From positions 1 to 64,000 of IMG/VR virus record IMGVR_UViG_3300035698_014029: a stretch of DNA of 64,000 nt; one strand, 5' to 3'. Shown in pieces: positions 1 to 9,718 of the stretch (the first letter of the stretch is position 1; the number at the start of each line of letters is the position of its first letter). The translations under genes were made by a program, and so were the position numbers. The notes beneath the pieces were generated by a model that saw nothing but the letters and a program-made list of their open reading frames with translations, had not been told where the DNA came from and searched no databases. Origin of the DNA: a virus.

Positions 1-1
1 A

Positions 2-511
2 ATGAAGATAAAAGATATAATAAAGTTGCATAATGCACATTTAAACGCCAATTATAATGGCAGGTTTTTTGCATATGCTATTACCAAGAACAAACCAATT
101 CTTGAGTTAGAGATAGAAAAGATAAAAGAGTTTAGAACATTCAGTGAAAGAATGTCTGAATTTATAAAAAAGATAGATGATCTTAAGAAAGACTTCTGTA
201 AGAAAGACGATGAAGGACAACCTATACTTACACCTAATCCAATAGCTGGTAAAAACGCAGCTACTTATGATATAGAAGGTGTTCAAGATGAAAATAGTGA
301 TTTTAGAAAAGCTGTATCTGCTTTAGAATTAGAGTATGCAGAAGATGTAAAAGATCAAGAGAATAAAGATAAAGAGTATATTGAGGTATTTTTAGAGACA
401 GAGATTGAACTACCTTTAGTTAAAATTCCATTCGAAGAATTACCAGAAAATATATCTCAAGAAGTTCTCGAAGGCCTCATTGACATTATCGAAGAACCAA
501 TAAATAAATAA
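2..511 (+). CDS. Hypothetical acidic protein (possible fibre-assembly/chaperone-like)
   Basis: 169-aa ORF, helical and acidic, 2 nt upstream of the next gene; no recognisable motif. Confidence 0.45.
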   Translation: MKIKDIIKLHNAHLNANYNGRFFAYAITKNKPILELEIEKIKEFRTFSERMSEFIKKIDDLKKDFCKKDDEGQPILTPNPIAGKNAATYDIEGVQDENSDFRKAVSALELEYAEDVKDQENKDKEYIEVFLETEIELPLVKIPFEELPENISQEVLEGLIDIIEEPINK

Positions 512-513
512 AC

Positions 514-804
514 ATGGCAGCAGCAACGCAGACAGATGTTACTAACTATAGAAGTTATATTCGACAAGAATTTTCTAGGTATGGCAATCAATTAGCTAAT
601 TGGCATCAGCAAGGCAATAAGCCTGACTTTTCCAAAGAGGTTAAGTTTGTGCTATTACAAGCGTATGTTGAGATTGCTGAACTGTGGTTAGATCAATGGG
701 ATTCTACTACTGATGAAAACTTTTTCACAATAGCAGAATTTGAAGATATAATGAGACACATAAACGCAATATGTAATTCTTTCCTTTGGTTAGAATTAGA
801 ATAA
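514..804 (+). CDS. Hypothetical protein, probable virion-associated
   Basis: 96-aa ORF tightly packed in the structural/fibre cluster. Confidence 0.45.
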   Translation: MAAATQTDVTNYRSYIRQEFSRYGNQLANWHQQGNKPDFSKEVKFVLLQAYVEIAELWLDQWDSTTDENFFTIAEFEDIMRHINAICNSFLWLELE

Positions 805-828
805 TAAATAAACAAATAAATAAATAAA

Positions 829-2229
829 ATGGCTTCTTTAAGTACAACCAAAAGAGTTACTCCTAGAGCACAAGAATTCGTCGCATTTTTCGATGAAGAT
901 GGAGTAGCCAAGGTAAACATAGAAGGTACTGTAGCTATAGACGATGAAAGTTTAGTCGCTAATATAAATGTAGATAGTTCATCTGCATCATATGGCGGAA
1001 CTTATATAGGCAAAGCATCAACCGCAACTAACGGAGATTTTGATGTAGCTTATGCGTCAGTAGAAACATTGACCTTTAGTAATTATCCAGCAGGGGTTAG
1101 TGCCCTGGATGCGGATGATATAGAGCTAGTTCGTCAGATTGACACTAGCGGCGCGGTTGTAGAAAGTTACACTAGGGATGATGCTACAATGTCTATTGCA
1201 GGCGATGTACTCACAGTTAGTGGAGCTAACTTTGGCGCAGCAGATTCTTTCGTAATATTAACCAATATTCAATCAAGTAGTTCTGATTCAGGCACTTCCG
1301 TTGGAGGAGGTAATAATACATATAGTAATGCTAGTGGTGATTTCACTGCTGCTATTACAGATGCAACGACTAACATAACTATTACAGGATTAACTTTTAC
1401 ATTAGAAGATAAGAATGTAGCAATTGGCGCTATTAAGAAGATTGATTCTTCTGGTATAGTAACTAATGTTGCATTGACTGATATATCAGTAGCTGGTAGT
1501 GTTATAACATTAACTGATGAACCAGACTTTGCTACTGGAGATATAGTAGTAGTTAGTTTAATAGGTCCTGATAAAGCATATGATTCAGGTACAGATAGTC
1601 AAACGTCTACTGTATTGAATCCAGAATATGCTCATTACACTTCTTCAGAACAACTTATATCAGAGACTAATCTGTTAGGGTTGAAAGGAACTAGTAATGG
1701 TACTGATGTAGATACATTAACAATTGCCGCTGCAACTTTGCTAGAGGCTAATGTTGCTATTGGTTATACAGCTCATCAAACAGATGATACTGCAACAGCC
1801 TTAGTTGAGTCTTGGACAAGTACTTCTGAAATAGAAACTGCTACATTGAGTGGAGCTGCAACATGGGATACTAAAGCTTATTCAGTTCCTTATGTAGAAC
1901 GATACGAGATACCTATGGAAGGTTATAACTTTATGACTTTACATTGGAAGTTATATGCAACTACTTTTTGTAACGCCTACTTTAAAATATATGGCACATT
2001 GAATAGTGATGCAACAACTACTGACGATGATGATTGGGTTAATCTATCTGAAAAAATCTTAGGCGATAGCGATGGTATTTCCGTTGCTATTGGAACTACA
2101 GAAGAAGACATGGCTATAATTGATACACCAACAACTATGTTAAAGTACATGGCTAAGTTGGTTGTTGAAAGTAGTTCAGCAAGTCCAAATACAAATTCAT
2201 TCTCAGTATTCATTAAGAAATCAAGCTAA
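829..2229 (+). CDS. Virion structural / fibre-like protein with internal repeat
   Basis: T/S/A/D/G-rich beta-type composition; two related repeats (GDFDVAYAS...RQIDTSG...LTVSGANF and GDFTAAITD...KKIDSSG...ITLTDEPDF). Confidence 0.6.
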   Translation: MASLSTTKRVTPRAQEFVAFFDEDGVAKVNIEGTVAIDDESLVANINVDSSSASYGGTYIGKASTATNGDFDVAYASVETLTFSNYPAGVSALDADDIELVRQIDTSGAVVESYTRDDATMSIAGDVLTVSGANFGAADSFVILTNIQSSSSDSGTSVGGGNNTYSNASGDFTAAITDATTNITITGLTFTLEDKNVAIGAIKKIDSSGIVTNVALTDISVAGSVITLTDEPDFATGDIVVVSLIGPDKAYDSGTDSQTSTVLNPEYAHYTSSEQLISETNLLGLKGTSNGTDVDTLTIAAATLLEANVAIGYTAHQTDDTATALVESWTSTSEIETATLSGAATWDTKAYSVPYVERYEIPMEGYNFMTLHWKLYATTFCNAYFKIYGTLNSDATTTDDDDWVNLSEKILGDSDGISVAIGTTEEDMAIIDTPTTMLKYMAKLVVESSSASPNTNSFSVFIKKSS

Positions 2230-2239
2230 AAATAAGATT

Positions 2240-3256
2240 ATGGCAAATTGGTTAAGTAGAAATTTAGCAAGACTAGGCACCGGCGATTGGCATACACAAA
2301 ATCAGCCTACTGCCGATAGTGCTAGTAACGATCATGTCCAGGATGTGGTTGGAAACAAAACAGATACAGTTGGCGGTGATTCTATTATTGCTGGTAGTAA
2401 ACGTATAGAAGCAGATCTATCTAATGCGACAGATGGATTAGGGGCACTCAAGACGCTAATAGATAATTTGAATGATGTTTCCACAACACAAGTTAATACA
2501 GAAGTAGATGGCGCATTAAATACAATTGTCCCAGCTGCTCCAACAGCAGGTAGTATAAATGATGCCCTTAGTAAGGCTTCGGGAGGGAATACGTTTGACA
2601 AAGCCACAGACTCTTTAGAGGCTATTGCGGATTCAGTAGGCACAGGTTCGTTAGAGTTAGTTGCAGACGCAGGTAGTACAGCTACAAATATTGTTGATGC
2701 AGCAGCATTAACTCACGCTACAACTAATTGGTTTAGGAACGCCATGTTAGTTTCAATGGATGGAGATAATATAGGACAAGCTAGAAGAATTGTAGCCTTT
2801 ACGACAGGTACAGATTCAGTGGATGTATATCCAGCTTTCCTTGCCGCTCCTACAGCAGATGATAAATTCTTATTAATTTCATCATGGCAGCCTAATGTAT
2901 TAGATCAGCAACCTAATGTTGCAGTTACTGAAGCAGTGGGGACTACCCCTGTAGATGTATTTGATTTGAATACAGCAGGATTAACTTATCATGTAAATAA
3001 TTTGATATTAAAATGTGCTGATCCAGGAGCCGAAACCGTAACGGTCACTTTGACTGAATTGGTAAATGACGCGCCTGTAGCAGTAGATACATTTGATATT
3101 ACAACTGCTAATTATGCAAGTTACTTTTCATTATATGATATGTTTAGTAGAAATCGTTTAGCTGGAGATGATATTCAAGTTTCAATGGTAGCGAGTGCAG
3201 ATAATGCGTATGCTGTCACTGGACAATATCAATACGCAGAAACTTATACAGCATAA
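2240..3256 (+). CDS. Virion structural / fibre-like protein
   Basis: ORF track starts at 2162, but ATG 2240 (AAGATT-ATG, 10 nt after the upstream stop) is more plausible; short coiled coil followed by a beta-rich A/T/D/G region. Confidence 0.55.
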   Translation: MANWLSRNLARLGTGDWHTQNQPTADSASNDHVQDVVGNKTDTVGGDSIIAGSKRIEADLSNATDGLGALKTLIDNLNDVSTTQVNTEVDGALNTIVPAAPTAGSINDALSKASGGNTFDKATDSLEAIADSVGTGSLELVADAGSTATNIVDAAALTHATTNWFRNAMLVSMDGDNIGQARRIVAFTTGTDSVDVYPAFLAAPTADDKFLLISSWQPNVLDQQPNVAVTEAVGTTPVDVFDLNTAGLTYHVNNLILKCADPGAETVTVTLTELVNDAPVAVDTFDITTANYASYFSLYDMFSRNRLAGDDIQVSMVASADNAYAVTGQYQYAETYTA

Positions 3257-3266
3257 TAAATAAATT

Positions 3267-4865
3267 ATGGGAGCATTTACAAGTAAAGCTACAGGTAATT
3301 GGGATGCAGAAAGTACTACCACGTGGAATGAAGCAGGGCATCCTATAGCAGGAGATACTGTAACAGTTCAAAATGGGCACACTATTACATTGAATAGTGC
3401 TACAGCTTGTTCAACGCTTACTATTGATACAGGAGGTGTTTTAACTGATGCTACAAATAATCAAGGATTGACAATTTCAGGATTGACAGAGGTAGCAGGA
3501 ACATTAACTTGTGGAACTGCTGCTATGAGCTTTGGTAGTGGAGTGATTACAACAACATATTCGATTATTCTTAATAACGGAGGAGTATTTGTTGGTGGGT
3601 CTGGAACGCATACGGCAGGTTCGTTTTGCGGTGGAACTGGTAGTAATGTTACATATACCTCTGGTGTAATGACCCTAGATGGCGAGAACACTTCTGCTGG
3701 TGCTGTACAAATCCTATCTAATTCAATGACGTTTGACGATGGAAATGGTACTATAACATGTACCTACACAGGCGACGATACCATTTTCGATATGGGCGGA
3801 GAAACACACTATAACCTGATAATTAATGCAGCGGCTACCATTTACACATTGAGAGATTCTGGAACGTTTGCTAATAATTTGACGATTACTGCGGGAACAT
3901 TTGATACTGGGATTGATAATTTAACAGTAACAGGATTAACAAATGTATCAGGAACACTTATTTGTAATGCTTCAATTTGTAGTTTTGGTAGTGGTGTTAC
4001 TAATAATTTTGCTTTAACAGTAATTGGTACATTTATAGGGGGAAGTGGTACACATACAATGGGTTCGTTTTTCTTAGATAATGGAACTGCAACATTTACA
4101 TCTGGTGTTACAACATTAAATTCACGACAATTATCAAGTGTAGCGTTTGGTTCAGAGAATGGAACTTTTAATCATGGAAGCGGTACAATAACATTTACAA
4201 TGGCTAATTATCAGCTTATATATGATTTGACAAATACTGCAAAAACTTTTTATAATTTAATTATTAATAAAGCATCTAATCTTGTACAGTTTTCAAATAA
4301 TAGTGGTTATACGTTAACTGTAGCAAATGATTTTACAATTACTTCAGGAGAATTTGATACCTCTGAAAGAACAGGAGGAACAAGTAGGGATTTAATAGTA
4401 ACAGGAAATTTATCAAATACTGGAACGTTTACCCCTAATGCTTCATTAGTAACATTAAATGGTACAGCACAAAGCTTAACTGGTAGTTGGACATTTTGGA
4501 GTTTCACTAAAGCAATAACTGTTACAGATAAACTTACATTTGACAATACAGCAACATATACTTTTGGTGGAAATGTTACATTAAATGGGACAGCAGGAAA
4601 TATATTATCTCTTGCATCAGACAGTACAGGAGTTGCTTTTGATTTTATAATGAGTGCAGGAGCAGTAAAAACTAATTTAGATTATTTAGCTGTTAAAGAT
4701 TCAGATGCAAGTAGTTCAGATGTAGGTCATAAACCAATAGCACCTACTAATTCAACAGATGTAAGCGGTAATACAGATTGGTTTGGAGCAGCACCAACAC
4801 CACCAACATCTACAACAGGAAAAGGTGGATTTAGAGCAAAAAGAATAATAATAAGTGGAATTTAA
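3267..4865 (+). CDS. Beta-helix/adhesin-like fibre protein with G8-like N-terminus and tandem ~150-aa repeats
   Basis: N-terminal SKATGNW...TW...P.AGDTVTVQNGHTITL; G/T/S/N-rich; repeat LT.xGLT.V.GTL.C....SFGSGV...F.GGSGTHT.GSF at ~3468 and ~3921. Confidence 0.6.
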   Translation: MGAFTSKATGNWDAESTTTWNEAGHPIAGDTVTVQNGHTITLNSATACSTLTIDTGGVLTDATNNQGLTISGLTEVAGTLTCGTAAMSFGSGVITTTYSIILNNGGVFVGGSGTHTAGSFCGGTGSNVTYTSGVMTLDGENTSAGAVQILSNSMTFDDGNGTITCTYTGDDTIFDMGGETHYNLIINAAATIYTLRDSGTFANNLTITAGTFDTGIDNLTVTGLTNVSGTLICNASICSFGSGVTNNFALTVIGTFIGGSGTHTMGSFFLDNGTATFTSGVTTLNSRQLSSVAFGSENGTFNHGSGTITFTMANYQLIYDLTNTAKTFYNLIINKASNLVQFSNNSGYTLTVANDFTITSGEFDTSERTGGTSRDLIVTGNLSNTGTFTPNASLVTLNGTAQSLTGSWTFWSFTKAITVTDKLTFDNTATYTFGGNVTLNGTAGNILSLASDSTGVAFDFIMSAGAVKTNLDYLAVKDSDASSSDVGHKPIAPTNSTDVSGNTDWFGAAPTPPTSTTGKGGFRAKRIIISGI

Positions 4866-4876
4866 AAAGTATAATT

Positions 4877-5458
4877 ATGAATATAAAAAACAAATATGAA
4901 TTTTTAAAGCTTTTTAATGAGGCTTTATCTGAAGAAAATAATGATATAAATTCATTACATTCACATGTTGATAGGATTGGAGGTCACGTATTATCTAATG
5001 ATATAACTATATCAGCAAATAATACATCAGCAAATATAGATTGTTTTCAAATAACAGGGAGTATAGAAATTTTGCGTATTTATGGAGCAATTAAAACAAT
5101 TACTACTTTAGCGAATTGTACTGCTGCATACTTTGATTTATTTACAGCAGGAGATGCTGCGGATGTGATTACTAAAAATAATGGAGTACTTTCTGGAATG
5201 GCAGTAGGAACTTTTTTTACAAAAGAAGCTGTAAAAACGGAAACGATGACTGTTATTAATAATGCTACAATAAGTGTTACAGAACCAGCTACAAATAAGA
5301 AAACATTTACACCATTTATTGTAACACAAAAAACAGGAGCAGATACATTTATCAGATTTAATTACACAACATCTGATGCTCCTGCAAATGCTGTATTTAC
5401 TGTTTATGTAGAATATAGAGAACCGCCAAATGAAGGAGGAAGTATAGTAGCTGTTTAA
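4877..5458 (+). CDS. Putative virion decoration protein (beta-sandwich)
   Basis: C-terminal pattern IRFNYTTSDAPANAVFTVYVEY resembles the end of ORF 19406; structural context. Confidence 0.4.
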   Translation: MNIKNKYEFLKLFNEALSEENNDINSLHSHVDRIGGHVLSNDITISANNTSANIDCFQITGSIEILRIYGAIKTITTLANCTAAYFDLFTAGDAADVITKNNGVLSGMAVGTFFTKEAVKTETMTVINNATISVTEPATNKKTFTPFIVTQKTGADTFIRFNYTTSDAPANAVFTVYVEYREPPNEGGSIVAV

Positions 5459-5481
5459 TATAAATTTAAAACATTAAAGAT

Positions 5482-5862
5482 ATGAGTTTATTTATAATAC
5501 AAAAAGAACCAGTAGCCCAACCAGAAAAGACTTCTGAAACGGCAATGGCAATTTATGAAAAGTTAAAGGAATTTAAGGGCGATATAAGCGCTGTATTTTC
5601 AAGCGGAGCTGGTTATCCAGTGAGTTGGATAAAGTGGGTACATAAGGATGCAAAGAGGCTTGAAAAGGAATTATTAGCTATTGTGCGGGATAATAAGATT
5701 ATCACAGTTACCCAAGCGGCTAAATTATTAAATAGTTCTTATTTAACTATTACCACAGTAGGTTTAGACATCATACATTACAATCCTACATATGATGAGG
5801 ATAGAACGTTTAACCAATTCAAAGCTATATATTATGTAGCACCACCAGTAATTGAAGAATAA
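5482..5862 (+). CDS. Hypothetical protein
   Basis: 126-aa ORF; its TAA overlaps the next ATG (TAATG). Confidence 0.5.
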   Translation: MSLFIIQKEPVAQPEKTSETAMAIYEKLKEFKGDISAVFSSGAGYPVSWIKWVHKDAKRLEKELLAIVRDNKIITVTQAAKLLNSSYLTITTVGLDIIHYNPTYDEDRTFNQFKAIYYVAPPVIEE

Positions 5863-6890
5863 TGAAAGAGTCAAAATCTTCTGGAGATAATAATTGGATA
5901 TTATATGATCCTTTATTGGATGAATATTCAGTTCGTAGATTAGGAGCAACACCTACATCTGTTACTTTTGACCAAGGAACGGGAATTTTTGGAGGTACAG
6001 CTAGTAAAATAGTTTACCTTGCTAAAAGGGGTGTTAAATCGGTTCGAATAAAGATTGCATTAACCACTACCACAGAAGATATATTAAAATTAAGCTCCTC
6101 ACATAATATAGTAGTAAGTGCAGGAACAATAACAGCAAATGGATTTTCAAGCCCTACAATTTACGTTGATGGGGCTGCAACTGCAACAGTAACAACAGCA
6201 AGTAAAGAAATAGTAGTAACAACTGCAACGGCTTTCACTGCTGATGATATTCAATTAGGATATGTTTCAAGTTATTTGGATGGGATAGTAGATTTATTCG
6301 GGTTAAATAATACAACTCTTACGGCTAGTTATATTTCAAACCTATATAATAACAAGACCTATATAGAATTACCTGACAAGATAAGTTCAACAGTTTCTAA
6401 ATTATTAGATGTACACGCATTAAACGGAATTATTCAAACAAAATACGCTGATATAACTAATACTGATATTGTAGCCCACAAAGAAGGGGGTAATGTATAT
6501 TCAATGTATTTCGATACTGCAAAAGGAGTATTTGGGAATATTGGTACTATTGGTTCATTAAACCTAATCTTATTTTATGATGGAACAGATCAGGATGGAA
6601 TAATTGATTTGGATGGTGGCACAAATACAGTAGAACATGCAAGTGGTACGCTGACTTATTGGGGTGATAATGCATATATTAATGGTGTTGATACTGATAC
6701 ATTAAGTATGGGTGTGAATTATATAACTATTATAGATAATACTGGAACGGCTGCAAGTGCTTTTCAGATTGGGTATGATGATACTAATTATTTTGGGGGG
6801 AAGATTGGGCGATGTACCGTTTATTCTGGTGTTGAAAGTTTAGCCCAACACTCACAGTTTCGTTCATCAAATAAAAAATACTTTAGATAA
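5862..6890 (+). CDS. LamG/concanavalin A-like domain structural protein
   Basis: Two repeats ending IYVDG...IQLG...YLDG and AYING...FQIG...YFGGKIG...VY; TAATG coupling on both sides. Confidence 0.6.
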   Translation: MKESKSSGDNNWILYDPLLDEYSVRRLGATPTSVTFDQGTGIFGGTASKIVYLAKRGVKSVRIKIALTTTTEDILKLSSSHNIVVSAGTITANGFSSPTIYVDGAATATVTTASKEIVVTTATAFTADDIQLGYVSSYLDGIVDLFGLNNTTLTASYISNLYNNKTYIELPDKISSTVSKLLDVHALNGIIQTKYADITNTDIVAHKEGGNVYSMYFDTAKGVFGNIGTIGSLNLILFYDGTDQDGIIDLDGGTNTVEHASGTLTYWGDNAYINGVDTDTLSMGVNYITIIDNTGTAASAFQIGYDDTNYFGGKIGRCTVYSGVESLAQHSQFRSSNKKYFR

Positions 6891-8647
6891 TGAGTAAAAT
6901 ATTTTCATTCAATAGAAAGAGTAATGGATTATACATAGATTCAATAAGTAAAGGAGTTTTATCAGGTTCTAAAGGGGAATTCAAAAAAACTTCAAAAGGA
7001 TATGCTTGGGAGGGGAATGGTATTGATTCTGAACTAGGTTTCATTAATATAAGTACAAATGATTTTCTTGGTTTATATGGAAGTATTACTCTAGTAAGTG
7101 CGTTTAAGATTACAAAAATACCTACAATTTCCAAGGGGGGTTCCTTATTTTTAAAAGGATCAACTACTAATTCATGGGGAATACAGGTTCAAAATAGTGG
7201 TGGTATATTACAAATTACAGGAGGTATTAGGGGAAATACCGTTAAAATTACAACTAGTAATATTTTATTAAATAAATGGTATTTAGTTGTATTAGAACTT
7301 AATGAAGCTAATTCTCAAATGTATATCAATAATGAAGGTCAAGGAGTTGTTGATCTAAGTGGGCATGGGTATTCAGCTACAAGTGATCGTATTACATCAT
7401 TTTCTCATGATATACTTGCTGGCACTGGTGAATTTATTGAAGGTGATTTACTTTATAATAGTATATATTCAGGTACTTTAACAACTAAAGAACGCAACGA
7501 TCTATACATTGACTTCCTCCGAAACAAAGGCACTGGAAGTTCACCATTTAAAAAGGACTTTCCTAATAAACCTACAGATTTAGGGTTTGATGATAAAGTT
7601 AAAGCAGCATATCGTTTCACAGAGGGTGTAAATGATACTGATATAACTAATAACGGATATTTAGCAACAGGAACAGCTAATTTTCTTACTAAGAATGGTA
7701 AAAAATATAATGGTACAAATTCCAAATCAGTAATTGGGAATTTAGGGAATATTTATGGGTTTTCATGTAGAATTAAATTATCATCTACATCTGAAAAGAT
7801 AATCGAAGGTGCAGCAAATGATAAGATGGTTTTTGCAAATGCAGGAACATTGAGCTATGCCGAGTTTGATAATGCATATGTGGATGGAGTAGATAGTAAT
7901 ACAATTTCAGCGGATACTTGGGTTTCTTTAAGTATTACAAGTTCAACAGTAGTTGATTTTTCAGCATGTACTTTAGCTTTGAATAATGCCACTTATGGAG
8001 AATTTGAGATTGCAGATTTAAGATTTCATACAAGGGAATGGACAGCAGCAGAGATGGTACAATACCATAATGACTTTATTCGTACGGTAATTGATGTTGA
8101 CTACAGACAAGATGCAGTAGGAATTTTTCCTAGAAATTTCGATCGTGGACCAGGAACATTTACTGTACAAGAAAGTGATGGGACAGATGGTTTAGATATT
8201 GGAACAAAATTTTTGCAATGTGATTCAGTAGGAAATTGTGCAATACAAAGTAAAACAGCTTACGGAGAATGGGAGTTTGATATTTATAATAAAGGAACAT
8301 TATCTATAAGATTTATAAGCGCAGATACACTTGGAATTACAAATTTATATCTGGTAACCTTTTATTCAGATGGAAGATTAAGACTTAGAAAAGATGGAAC
8401 TAATTTAATTTCAAAATTAGCTGGTTATTTAAGTCTTAATACACACTATCGAATTAAAGTGACAAGAACAAAAAGTGGGTTATTTACTGTATATATAAAA
8501 GGTGGAACATTTGGAAATAATGATTGGACAACTGTAGGTTCTGTGATAGAGAATACATATACTGAAAGTAATTATATTGTCCTATATTCCTCAGTTGTAG
8601 GTGGTAGTGTAGGAAAATTCAAAGTACAAAATGAAATAAGACAATAA
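6890..8647 (+). CDS. Multi-LamG/concanavalin A-like domain structural protein (putative glycan-binding)
   Basis: NKWYLVV...MYINN...FIEGD...IYSGTLT..E...LY and AYVDGVDS...EFEIADLRF LamG-like patterns; third lectin-like domain at the C-terminus. Confidence 0.65.
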   Translation: MSKIFSFNRKSNGLYIDSISKGVLSGSKGEFKKTSKGYAWEGNGIDSELGFINISTNDFLGLYGSITLVSAFKITKIPTISKGGSLFLKGSTTNSWGIQVQNSGGILQITGGIRGNTVKITTSNILLNKWYLVVLELNEANSQMYINNEGQGVVDLSGHGYSATSDRITSFSHDILAGTGEFIEGDLLYNSIYSGTLTTKERNDLYIDFLRNKGTGSSPFKKDFPNKPTDLGFDDKVKAAYRFTEGVNDTDITNNGYLATGTANFLTKNGKKYNGTNSKSVIGNLGNIYGFSCRIKLSSTSEKIIEGAANDKMVFANAGTLSYAEFDNAYVDGVDSNTISADTWVSLSITSSTVVDFSACTLALNNATYGEFEIADLRFHTREWTAAEMVQYHNDFIRTVIDVDYRQDAVGIFPRNFDRGPGTFTVQESDGTDGLDIGTKFLQCDSVGNCAIQSKTAYGEWEFDIYNKGTLSIRFISADTLGITNLYLVTFYSDGRLRLRKDGTNLISKLAGYLSLNTHYRIKVTRTKSGLFTVYIKGGTFGNNDWTTVGSVIENTYTESNYIVLYSSVVGGSVGKFKVQNEIRQ

Positions 8648-8713
8648 TAAAAATGAAAATATAATTAAAAAACAATATTCGATAAAAAAGATTTATAATT
8701 TATTAAAAATATA

Positions 8714-9097
8714 ATGTCAAATAATGAAATTCAAAATATAGTAAAGGAAACTATAAAGCAGCAAAATAAACAATCAACAAGTTTACAAGGTTGGGTAAAA
8801 GTAATTATTATGTTTATTTTTATTCCTATTTTAACCGTTTATTCATCATTTAGAGTAATGGAGTGGAGAATTTGTAAGGTAGAGGATAGTTTTACTGAAA
8901 TAAAAACAAATCTTAGTGAGAAAGTGAATGTTGTTTGGTATGAAAGATATATTATTGGTCAAAAGGAATTAATTGAACGTTTAGAGGCAAATATTAATGA
9001 TGGAGATATTGAACTTGAACGTAAAATAAATGAAGTAAAAGAATATCTCGATAAACTTGTGAAAGAAAAAAAGTTATATTATAGAAGCAATACATAA
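8714..9097 (+). CDS. Single-pass membrane protein with coiled coil (holin/antiholin/spanin-like candidate)
   Basis: Hydrophobic WVKVIIMFIFIPILTVYSSF followed by a charged coiled-coil tail. Confidence 0.4.
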   Translation: MSNNEIQNIVKETIKQQNKQSTSLQGWVKVIIMFIFIPILTVYSSFRVMEWRICKVEDSFTEIKTNLSEKVNVVWYERYIIGQKELIERLEANINDGDIELERKINEVKEYLDKLVKEKKLYYRSNT

Positions 9098-9142
9098 TAT
9101 ATATATAAACAATATTTGGGAAGTAATTATAAAAATGAAATA

Positions 9143-9685
9143 ATGACTAAAATTGAAGAAAGAATTCAAGAAAAAAATTTGGAAAGAGTAAACAGTATTT
9201 ATTACCGATTTACAAATGACCATGAATTAATAAAAGGAGTGGCTAATGATCTTGGATATACAGCTGATTTAAATATCAATAAAAAAGGTAAAGAAATCAA
9301 AGAGAAATTATCTACAGATATTATTACTACAAATAGTAAAAAATCAGATTGTTTTGCTGAAATGAAAATTTATATAAGTAAAATAAAGATTGCTCCTATT
9401 ATAGATATTTCAAACGAATACCCAGCAAAAGAGTATTCTAATGTATTAAAAATAGTACCTTATAGATATTGTAGAACTCAGATGTATCCAGAAGGAAGTA
9501 CTTATGAAACATTGGAAGATGAAGATAAAGTAAAGATTACTAATATGGTTAAATATAATCAAATAGTAAATGATTATATTAGAATAAGTATAGAGGTAAT
9601 AAAATTAAATACTGTTATAAATAATCTTCAAGATAATAAAAGTTATAAATTAAGTTTGGAGTTAGCGAGTAAATTAGGATTTTAA
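9143..9685 (+). CDS. Hypothetical head-module protein
   Basis: ORF track gives TTG 9116; ATG 9143 is more plausible; lies just upstream of the head genes. Confidence 0.45.
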   Translation: MTKIEERIQEKNLERVNSIYYRFTNDHELIKGVANDLGYTADLNINKKGKEIKEKLSTDIITTNSKKSDCFAEMKIYISKIKIAPIIDISNEYPAKEYSNVLKIVPYRYCRTQMYPEGSTYETLEDEDKVKITNMVKYNQIVNDYIRISIEVIKLNTVINNLQDNKSYKLSLELASKLGF

Positions 9686-9718
9686 TAAATGTTATAATTG
9701 ATCATTAATATTATAAAT

